DNA from: Candidatus Odinarchaeota archaeon
Lineage (GTDB): Archaea; Asgardarchaeota; Odinarchaeia; Odinarchaeales; Odinarchaeaceae
Assembly: GCA_038826135.1 (NCBI GenBank)
Contig: JAWBON010000050.1
Coordinates: 1-8,312, forward strand
DNA: 8,312 nt
Direction: 5' to 3'
Of the stretch, positions 1 to 5,975 are shown one piece after another (position 1 is the first letter of the stretch; each line of letters opens with the position of its first letter). The position numbers and the translations under genes were made by a program. The notes below the pieces were generated by a model. The model worked only from the letters and a program-made list of their open reading frames with translations, was not told where the DNA came from and did no database searches.

Positions 1-171
1 TAGTAATAGCGATAAAGTATTTTAGCTTAGTGAAACCTTATTGATTCCTACCTATAAGTGAGTGCGGTGAGTTTTAGCTTAAAAGCTATTACATTAATTA
101 TTATTAATCTTAATAATTTGAGCAGCATAATCTATAGAATTCTAGTTTTAACCGTTATAATTCAAGGAGAG

Positions 172-2145
172 CTATATTTTAATGAAATCACCAGTCTCAT
201 CCGTGAACTTTATACCAGTTATTTTATTTTCAACGATTTTATGGAAAACCGGATTTTTCAAAGCTTCTATAAATAATTTAACCTCTTTTTTATCTAAACT
301 GTCTTTTCGGATTAGAAAATCGTATTTCTCCTCTTTTAAAAATATAAAGTCCAGGTTGTAGAAGTCTGCGAAGGATTTTAAGCATATTCCCGCATCCGCT
401 TTACCCTGTTTTACAGCAACAGCTACTGAAGAGTGTGTTTTAGCTTCAACATTATAGCCGGGTATACTGCGAGAGAGCTCTTCGAATCTAACCCCTTTTC
501 CTAAGCAGATGTTTTTTATTAAAGTATCTAGAAGGATTCTTGTACCGGATCCTTTAACCCTGTTTATAATAGTGTATTTATTATCGATTATATCACTTAT
601 ACTTTGAATATTTTTAGGGTTGCCCTTTGGGAGTATTATTCCTTGAAGCCTACTATAACCTCTTACAAGCACCACGTCATGCAATTTCTCCTTTAATATG
701 AAGGGTTTATTATATTCACCAGTATCTTCATCTAATAAATGGATGCCGGCTATGTCGGCTTCACCTCCTCTAATAGCTTGAAGCCCACCTAGAGAACCCG
801 TATTTATTATTTTAGTATTGAGACCGCGATCCCTCTCCCGGATGAATGCTAGTAAATGATCTAGAACCGGGCAGTGGCTTCCTATTATTATAAGATTAGC
901 TAGCCGCAGAACCGGATTAACGTGTACTTTAAGCTCCTCACCCTCCTCTAGAATGGCACGGTTTTCCGGTATTTCTATAAATCCGTCAGCCTCGGCCAGA
1001 GTTGTTATCGCCCCTGAACCCTTAGTGATCGGGTAAATATAGTATAAACCGTTTTTACTGGAGAGATGTACAGGTAGAATCTCCCGGCGCCCTGTTTCAG
1101 ATAATATTCTTCTAGTTAATATTCCCCTAATAGTTTCAAAATTACCCTCCACCAGCCCAGCTATTTCTAATATTAAAGGTTTTATGAATAAGTTGAATAT
1201 GGAGAGAGCGGAGACAGGGTAACCTGGTAAACCCACTATTAAAGTTCCCTTGGCGACGGCTATTATCGTAGGTTTACCCGGTTTCACAGCGACCCCGTGC
1301 ACGATAACCCCTGGGTCACCTAGCTCATTAAGTAAGTTATACATGATGTCGCCGAACCCGGCTGATGTACTCCCGGAGGTGACGATGATCTCGTATTTCC
1401 CAAGCGCTTTGACAAGCGTTTCTTTAATCTCCTGTTTTGAGTCTTTAAGCGCGCCTAGATAAAACGGTTCCCCGCCACATTCTCTTATTGCAGCCATAAT
1501 CGTGTGGGAGTTTATATCATATATTTTACCGTATTCAAGCTTGCATCCAAGGGGTGTTATCTCATTACCTGTGGAGATAACCGCTATTCTCGGTTTTGCG
1601 TAAACCGGCAGGCTAGTAAAACCCATAGCTGCGCCAACACCTATCTCCCTAAAGGATATTAATTGATTTTTCCTCAGAGCTATTTCACCCTGCATAATAT
1701 CTGAACCAGCGGCTTGTATATTTTGCCCTGGAACAACTGGTTTGATAATCGAGACCACACGATCTTTAATAGAGGTGAACTCAACCATTATAACAGCGTT
1801 AGCGCCAGGGGGTATCGGAGCCCCTGTCGAGATTTCAATACATTCACCATGGTTAACAGCTCTTGTCGGTTTCTCGCCTGTTTCAATTTTATCTGTCAGT
1901 TTAAGAAAAACCGGATGAGTTTCATCAGCCCCGTAAGTGTCCTCAGCTATCAGAGCGTAACCGTCCATTGAAGCCCGGTCGAAGCCTGGAATGTCGACAG
2001 GGGATTCTATATCTTTGAAAATAACACGGCCAAGCGCATCATCTAAAGTGACTGTTTCGCATTTTGATTTTATAGTGAAATATTCTCTAATTATTCTTTT
2101 CACCTCTTCAACTGTTTTAAGCTCTCTGAAAACCTTTCTAGTCAA
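172..2145 (-). CDS. moeA: Molybdopterin molybdo/tungsto-transferase MoeA fused to a C-terminal periplasmic-binding-protein-like (PBP/LysR substrate-binding-type) domain, 657 aa
   Basis: MoeA motifs PGFDRASMDGYA, ISTGAPIP, STGNEI, SGSTSAG-x-x-D, VKPGKP, LPGYPVS and KGSGAITTLAEADG. The C-terminal ~240 aa carry PBP-like motifs (IIGSHC, GSLGGL, ADIAGIHLLD-x-x-TGEYN, NR-x-KGSGTR-x-LLD, THSSVA-x-AV-x-x-GKADAG). TTG start at 2143-2145 with GGAGG at 2155-2159; TAG stop at 172-174. Confidence 0.95.
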   Translation of the reverse strand: MTRKVFRELKTVEEVKRIIREYFTIKSKCETVTLDDALGRVIFKDIESPVDIPGFDRASMDGYALIAEDTYGADETHPVFLKLTDKIETGEKPTRAVNHGECIEISTGAPIPPGANAVIMVEFTSIKDRVVSIIKPVVPGQNIQAAGSDIMQGEIALRKNQLISFREIGVGAAMGFTSLPVYAKPRIAVISTGNEITPLGCKLEYGKIYDINSHTIMAAIRECGGEPFYLGALKDSKQEIKETLVKALGKYEIIVTSGSTSAGFGDIMYNLLNELGDPGVIVHGVAVKPGKPTIIAVAKGTLIVGLPGYPVSALSIFNLFIKPLILEIAGLVEGNFETIRGILTRRILSETGRREILPVHLSSKNGLYYIYPITKGSGAITTLAEADGFIEIPENRAILEEGEELKVHVNPVLRLANLIIIGSHCPVLDHLLAFIRERDRGLNTKIINTGSLGGLQAIRGGEADIAGIHLLDEDTGEYNKPFILKEKLHDVVLVRGYSRLQGIILPKGNPKNIQSISDIIDNKYTIINRVKGSGTRILLDTLIKNICLGKGVRFEELSRSIPGYNVEAKTHSSVAVAVKQGKADAGICLKSFADFYNLDFIFLKEEKYDFLIRKDSLDKKEVKLFIEALKNPVFHKIVENKITGIKFTDETGDFIKI

Positions 2146-3418
2146 TTTCAGTATCCTCCGCGATCTGATCTCTTAAAAGCATCACAGAGACCGTGTCCCC
2201 TTCTTCATACCCTTCGATTTCATCCGGTATTTCAAGTAAACCGTTAGCTTTCACCACGCTTGATAATATACCTGAACCTGTAGAACGTATAGGCGTCGCG
2301 TAAAATTGTTTTCCCTTTCTAAAGAGTTGTACTCTAACAAAATCTGTCCGCCCGGCTGTTGAGGGAATACGCTGAGTTAAAAAGGCTGTAACATATCGTT
2401 GAAGACGCGGCGGGTTAATATTTAAAAATCTCTGGATAAGCGGTCTGCAGAATACTGTATAGGCGATTATGCATGCTACAGAGTATCCTGGCATTAAGAT
2501 TACGGGTTTACCTTGAACTAAGGCTAACCCTGTTGGTTTACCCGGTTTCATAGAGATCCCGTGAACTAATATTAACCCAATATCCCTGATAATCTTGGGA
2601 ACTAAATCTTTTCTGCCCACAGATGTTCCGCCTGTAACTAATATGATATCACATTCCGCAACCGCTCTTAGAAGAATATTCTTAATAAGCTCACTGTTAT
2701 CAGGAACTATCCCATACTTTAAAGGCTCACCGCCATCCTCTAAGATATAGGCGGATAACATAATTTGATTACTCTCAACTACTTTACTATTCTCATCAGA
2801 CGGCTTCGGAAAATCAGTTAACTCATCGCCTGTGGAAATTAACCCTACCTTGGGGGGTCTGTAAACTTTAACCGTGTTTAACCTTAACGATTTCAGAAGA
2901 CCTATGTCAGCGGGTTTAATAATAGTACCCTTACCTAGGATAACCTCCCCTTTATGTACATCCGAGCCTTTGAGGTCGATATTCGACCAGGGGGTTAGCT
3001 GCTGATATATTTCAACAGTATCCTCGCTGAGCCTTTTAGTATACTCCGCCATTATAACGCAATCGGTTTTTTCAGGAACTCTTGCACCAGTCATTATTTC
3101 AACGGTTTCCATTCTATCTATCTCTATATTTCGAATATCACCTGCATCCACTCTACCCACCACTTTCAGTCGAATAGGTGATTCGAATGAGGCGCCTATA
3201 CTATCATCAAATTTAAGAGCGTAGCCGTCCATAGCAGCCCTATTAAACGGGGGGAGATCATGTTGAGAGATTATATCTTCAGCGAGCACCCTGTTAAGGG
3301 AGTGTTGAACAGCAATATTTTCAAAAGCTTTTACCGATTCCACTTTAGATAAAAGTATCTCTAAAGCCTGTTTTTTAGATGTTGTGGACGCGAAACCTCT
3401 CATATTAATAGAACTCAT
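2138..3418 (-). CDS. moeA: Molybdopterin molybdo/tungsto-transferase MoeA (gephyrin E-domain family), 426 aa
   Basis: Motifs PPFNRAAMDGYA, IMTGA, STGDEL, TGGTSVGRKD, MKPGKP and GSGILSSVVKANG. ATG at 3416-3418 is preceded by GGGAGTG; an alternative ATG lies at 3401-3403 (MRGF...). Overlaps the next moeA by 8 nt. Confidence 0.95.
   Translation of the reverse strand: MSSINMRGFASTTSKKQALEILLSKVESVKAFENIAVQHSLNRVLAEDIISQHDLPPFNRAAMDGYALKFDDSIGASFESPIRLKVVGRVDAGDIRNIEIDRMETVEIMTGARVPEKTDCVIMAEYTKRLSEDTVEIYQQLTPWSNIDLKGSDVHKGEVILGKGTIIKPADIGLLKSLRLNTVKVYRPPKVGLISTGDELTDFPKPSDENSKVVESNQIMLSAYILEDGGEPLKYGIVPDNSELIKNILLRAVAECDIILVTGGTSVGRKDLVPKIIRDIGLILVHGISMKPGKPTGLALVQGKPVILMPGYSVACIIAYTVFCRPLIQRFLNINPPRLQRYVTAFLTQRIPSTAGRTDFVRVQLFRKGKQFYATPIRSTGSGILSSVVKANGLLEIPDEIEGYEEGDTVSVMLLRDQIAEDTEID
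2155..2159 (-). promoter_or_regulatory. Shine-Dalgarno (GGAGG) for moeA-PBP, embedded in the 3' end of the upstream moeA
   Basis: Minus strand reads GCGGAGGATACTGAAA-TTG, with a 9-nt spacer to the TTG start. Confidence 0.75.
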
Positions 3419-3457
3419 ATAAACACACTCCCATAGCTTAAATTCAATAACGCATAG

Positions 3458-3472
3458 ATATAAATTAATTTA
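3458..3472. promoter_or_regulatory. Putative shared (bidirectional) TATA region between the divergent moeA operon and speB
   Basis: ATATAAAT on plus (3458-3465) and TTTATAT on minus (3464-3458), next to the perfect palindrome TAAATTAATTTA (3461-3472). It is centred in an 80-bp divergent gap. Position-based inference only. Confidence 0.45.
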
Positions 3473-3498
3473 ACGATACTAATTACTTGGTGAGGTGG

Positions 3499-4398
3499 AT
3501 GTCATACCGCGACCTGTATTGTACAAAAAACACAGGATTTCTCAACATGAATACCCCGTACGCTGAAGCTGAGTTCGTGGTTTTCGGCGTCCCGTTAGAT
3601 ATGACAGCCACTTATTTTCCAGGAGCACGTTTCGGCCCTGAATCTATTAGGAGGGCTTCGCTTAATATTGAAACATTCGATTTCGAATCAGGGTTTGATG
3701 TTAAAAAAATTAAAATAATTGATATAGGAGATATCGATGTAGACTACTCTAGTATAAATGAAACTCTTGTTAAAATTAGTAAAGTTTCATCGGAGATTCT
3801 ATCAGACTCTAAGAAACCGCTGATTTTAGGCGGAGAGCACACTTTAACGTTAGGCGCTTGCAGAGCGTTTAAAAAAACTGTTTTAATATGCTTCGACGCT
3901 CATCTTGATCTCAGAGAGGAATATGCTGGTGCAAAGTTATCTCACGCCACTTTTATGAGGAGACTTGTTGAAGAAGAAAACGTTGATAGAATAATATTTG
4001 TTGGAACTAGAGCGATCTCATCGGAGGAGTCTGAATTTATCAGGGGGAAAACGAACATCAGGGTTATAACCGCTAAGGAGGCCTGTAAAAACGGTTTAGA
4101 GCCTACATTAAAACTGATTAAAAACGAGATTAATAATTACCAAAACATATATGTTTCAATAGACATGGATGTCTTCGACCCGTTTTTATCCCCGTCTGTT
4201 GGAAACCCTGAGCCTGGTGGCTTAACATATGACCTTGTAAGCGGAGTTATAGAATCACTTGAAAAAAATATTATAGGCGCGGATGTTACGGAGGTTGCCC
4301 CTATATACAATATTGATATAACCTCAATATACGCGGCTAAACTATTGTTTAAAATAATTAAAGCTATGAAAAACATTAAATCACGTAAACGAAGATAA
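3499..4398 (+). CDS. speB: Agmatinase (ureohydrolase/arginase family), ~299 aa
   Basis: Metal-binding and family motifs GARFGPESIR, GGEHT, DAHLD, SIDMDVFDP and PEPGGL, plus DVTEVAP. ATG at 3499 is preferred (GGTGA at 3489-3493, 5-nt spacer) over the ORF-track TTG at 3487. The substrate could instead be N1-aminopropylagmatine, as in some thermophiles. Confidence 0.92.
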   Translation: MSYRDLYCTKNTGFLNMNTPYAEAEFVVFGVPLDMTATYFPGARFGPESIRRASLNIETFDFESGFDVKKIKIIDIGDIDVDYSSINETLVKISKVSSEILSDSKKPLILGGEHTLTLGACRAFKKTVLICFDAHLDLREEYAGAKLSHATFMRRLVEEENVDRIIFVGTRAISSEESEFIRGKTNIRVITAKEACKNGLEPTLKLIKNEINNYQNIYVSIDMDVFDPFLSPSVGNPEPGGLTYDLVSGVIESLEKNIIGADVTEVAPIYNIDITSIYAAKLLFKIIKAMKNIKSRKRR

Positions 4399-4846
4399 CA
4401 GCCACACACCCGTATTTACTAGTTTGAATATCTAGTGACTCAACCTCCGCTTTAAAGGATGTTAATTCCATTCCACGGTTGACAGCCATTTCACGGATTC
4501 TATCTTCTAGAAGCTTTTTTAAATTTTTATCATCTATGAAATTCTGCTGAGCAGTGACAACTAAACCTATTTTCTCATCACCTTTACAAGCTCTACCCCA
4601 AACCAGTCCTGCTGATATCTTATCACCCTTAACGCCGGTATTTTTACTAAGAACTGTGTAAACAAGCGAGCCTGTTTCAAAGCTTCGCTGAGGGGTTTCA
4701 ACAGCTTCACCGGATATTATAGATGAAACAGGGATTATATTCACATTACCTAGCCCTGTGTTTATTAACACTCTGTCAAAAGCGTTTACCGGTGACGTAT
4801 CACTTATCCCCTTACCTTTAACAATGAAAAATTTTTTAGCCGACAT
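4376..4846 (-). CDS. pdaD: Pyruvoyl-dependent arginine decarboxylase family proenzyme (PvlArgDC), ~156 aa
   Basis: NAFDRVLINTGLGNVNIIPVS-SII aligns in register with the M. jannaschii-type NAFDxALxxAGIGNVNLIxxS/SI self-cleavage motif (Ser-Ser codons at 4721-4726). ISAG, NRG and GCVAV are also family-like. ATG at 4844-4846 is preferred (GTGAT just upstream); the ORF track starts at GTG 4853-4855. Confidence 0.88.
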   Translation of the reverse strand: MSAKKFFIVKGKGISDTSPVNAFDRVLINTGLGNVNIIPVSSIISGEAVETPQRSFETGSLVYTVLSKNTGVKGDKISAGLVWGRACKGDEKIGLVVTAQQNFIDDKNLKKLLEDRIREMAVNRGMELTSFKAEVESLDIQTSKYGCVAVIFVYVI

Positions 4847-4879
4847 ATTTATCACTAATTTACATAAAACAGAGTATCA

Positions 4880-4893
4880 TAAAATATTTTAAA
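4880..4893 (-). promoter_or_regulatory. Putative TATA region of pdaD
   Basis: Minus strand TTTAAAATATTTTA about 35-45 nt upstream of the ATG; contains the perfect palindrome TAAAATATTTTA (4880-4891). Confidence 0.35.
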
Positions 4894-4976
4894 GCTGGTA
4901 AATATCTTCTACACTAATATCAGCTATGAACTGCTAACGCATATAAGTTTGATGGCGAATATCTTAAATATTATTA

Positions 4977-4993
4977 GCTTAAAAATTTTAAGC
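4977..4993. repeat. Inverted repeat GCTTAAAA-A-TTTTAAGC (candidate operator) upstream of rubredoxin
   Basis: Perfect 8-bp arms (4977-4984 and 4986-4993) with a 1-nt centre; extends imperfectly to 4973-4997. The repeat is directly visible, but operator function is inferred. Confidence 0.6.
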
Positions 4994-5005
4994 AAATTTA
5001 TATTA

Positions 5006-5011
5006 AGGAGG
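5006..5011 (+). promoter_or_regulatory. Shine-Dalgarno (AGGAGG) for rubredoxin
   Basis: AGGAGG followed by a 7-nt spacer and the TTG start at 5019. Confidence 0.8.
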
Positions 5012-5018
5012 ATGTGAT

Positions 5019-5183
5019 TTGACGAAATGGGAGTGTACTTTATGCGGATACATATATGATCCTGCGGTAGGTGACCCGGACAATGATATTCCCCCAGGAA
5101 CAGCTTTCGAGGATTTACCTGAAGAATGGGTGTGCCCTGTTTGCGGAGCCTCTAAATCGGATTTTAGAAGATTAGAGGACTAG
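5019..5183 (+). CDS. rub: Rubredoxin, 54 aa (absent from the supplied ORF track)
   Basis: Manual translation: [54 protein letters not shown]. It has C6-x-x-C9-G-Y-x-Y and W37-V-C39-P-x-C42-G, matching classical rubredoxin numbering, plus a strong SD and a TAG stop at 5181-5183. Confidence 0.97.
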   Translation: MTKWECTLCGYIYDPAVGDPDNDIPPGTAFEDLPEEWVCPVCGASKSDFRRLED

Positions 5184-5276
5184 CATCATAAAATCTAGAA
5201 ACGCAATCACTTTGTTTCAAGTTTTATTTAAGGTTGAGCTGGTAAATTAAATAATGTTCAAACAGGTGGGGTTAAT

Positions 5277-5295
5277 TTTATAAAACCTTAAAATA
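5277..5295 (+). promoter_or_regulatory. Putative BRE/TATA for the TFS-paralogue/RAM-domain transcript
   Basis: TTTATAAA (5277-5284) and AAAACC-TTAAAATA (5282-5295) lie 45-60 nt upstream of the start codon. Confidence 0.4.
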
Positions 5296-5340
5296 CTACT
5301 TCTATACTAATTTATTAGGAATAAATAGGGGTTGAAAACA

Positions 5341-5631
5341 TTGGAGTTCTGTCCTAAATGTGAGGCTCTACTATTCCCTAAGAAGGAAGGGGATAAGGTG
5401 ATATTATTCTGTAAAAAATGCGGGTTTGAAACTGAAGCTAAAGAAGGTGCAGATTACAAACTAATCGTTAATATACCGCATACAGATAAGGATAAAATCG
5501 ACGTTATCAAATTATCTGTTAAGAAAAAAGTATCTGAAGAGGAGAGAGAGGCTTTCGAAGACTACTATCGTGGTTTAGAGGAAGCAGGAGAAGAGGTGGA
5601 GGAAGAAAGCGAAGAAGAGGATTATGAATAA
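5341..5631 (+). CDS. RpoM/TFS (RPA12/RPB9/RPC11-family) paralogue: N-terminal zinc ribbon plus acidic tail, no C-terminal TFIIS ribbon, ~96 aa
   Basis: (M)EFCPKCEALLFPKKEGDKVILFCKKCGFE is the typical N-ribbon, followed by a linker resembling archaeal TFS (YKL...IPHTDKDKI). There is no second CxxC...QTRSADEP...CxxC. TTG at 5341 matches the M-x-FCPKC consensus; the ORF track uses TTG 5332. Confidence 0.85.
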   Translation: MEFCPKCEALLFPKKEGDKVILFCKKCGFETEAKEGADYKLIVNIPHTDKDKIDVIKLSVKKKVSEEEREAFEDYYRGLEEAGEEVEEESEEEDYE

Positions 5632-5646
5632 AAACTGCTGTTTAAT

Positions 5647-5651
5647 GGAGG
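5647..5651 (+). promoter_or_regulatory. Shine-Dalgarno (GGAGG) for the RAM-domain gene
   Basis: GGAGG, a 7-nt spacer, then ATG at 5659. Confidence 0.75.
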
Positions 5652-5658
5652 CATCCTT

Positions 5659-5904
5659 ATGACGGAGAAAATAGGAGCCTTTATAAATATTACAACAGAG
5701 CACATGGAGCCTGATGAAATACTCGACATTATAGTTAGAGAGATTAACCCGGAAGAGATTTATTTTGTGACAGGTGATTACGACTATATATTAAAAGTGA
5801 ATGTTTCAGAGATGAATGAACTGCGAGATTTAGTTTCAAGACTTAGAAAATTCACTTGGATTAAGAAAACTAATACGTCGATAATACTTAGAAAACTCGG
5901 GTGA
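5659..5904 (+). CDS. Stand-alone Lrp/AsnC ligand-binding (RAM) domain protein, no HTH, 81 aa
   Basis: Pattern AFINI...EEIYFVTGDYDYILKV...ELRDLVSRLR...IKKTNTSIIL, with the (V)TGxYD signature of Lrp/AsnC effector domains. It is too short to contain a DNA-binding HTH and has a good SD. Confidence 0.88.
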   Translation: MTEKIGAFINITTEHMEPDEILDIIVREINPEEIYFVTGDYDYILKVNVSEMNELRDLVSRLRKFTWIKKTNTSIILRKLG

Positions 5905-5946
5905 ACCACCTGTTCTTCAAAAACTGTATTCGCGAGAGGTTAAGAT

Positions 5947-5975
5947 AAAAATAGTTAAAAAAAGAATTGGAAAAA
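5947..5975 (-). terminator. Oligo-T terminator of the glcD-like/Fe-S operon
   Basis: Minus strand directly after the TAA (5976-5978) reads TTTTTCCAATTCTTTTTTTAACTATTTTT (T5, T7, T5 tracts), typical of archaeal intrinsic terminators. Confidence 0.6.

Noticed and set aside
1-9. In-frame TAG TAA TAG at the window start, possibly the end of a plus-strand gene
   Set aside because: No upstream sequence is available to test it, and stop triplets are common in AT-rich DNA.
48-128. 26-aa hydrophobic/basic minus-strand mini-ORF MLLKLLRLIIINVIAFKLKLTALTYR downstream of moeA-PBP
   Set aside because: No SD, and the composition is what AT-rich noncoding DNA yields by chance. It would need ribosome profiling or conservation evidence.
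58-276. 72-aa plus-strand ORF (MSAVSFSLK...)
   Set aside because: No SD or family motif, runs through AT-rich intergenic DNA, and is antisense to the moeA-PBP 3' end.
1250-2176. Plus-strand ORFs 1250-1462, 1714-1971 and 1991-2176
   Set aside because: Antisense shadows of the well-supported moeA genes, with no recognisable motifs.
4137-4409. 90-aa minus-strand ORF
   Set aside because: Antisense shadow of speB with no motif or SD.
4824-4838. TGAAAAATTTTTTA near-palindrome at the pdaD 5' end resembling an FFRP site
   Set aside because: Explained by Lys-Lys-Phe-Phe codons, and it is imperfect.
75-4983. 9-mer TAGCTTAAA in three intergenic regions (75-83, 3434-3442, 4975-4983); the first copy is within the palindrome TAGCTT-AA-AAGCTA (75-88)
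   Set aside because: Post-hoc pick of an AT-rich word. AGCTTAAA also occurs inside CDSs on the minus strand (Glu-Leu-Lys codons), and the positions relative to starts are inconsistent. A genome-wide motif enrichment test would be needed.
5198-5229. Weak hairpin GAAAC-N11-GTTTC followed by a T-tract after rubredoxin
   Set aside because: A stem of only 5 bp is not distinguishable from chance. The T-tract may be a terminator but is too short to call.
5551-5628. Purine-rich GAA/GAG low-complexity run
   Set aside because: Fully explained by the Glu-rich tail of the TFS paralogue; not a tandem repeat or CRISPR element.
5181-5904. Possible stop-codon recoding (Pyl at rubredoxin or moeA TAG, Sec at the RAM-domain TGA)
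   Set aside because: The proteins are complete at these stops, readthrough reaches another stop within 5-13 codons (moeA-PBP, rubredoxin, RAM gene), and no SECIS-like hairpin is evident.
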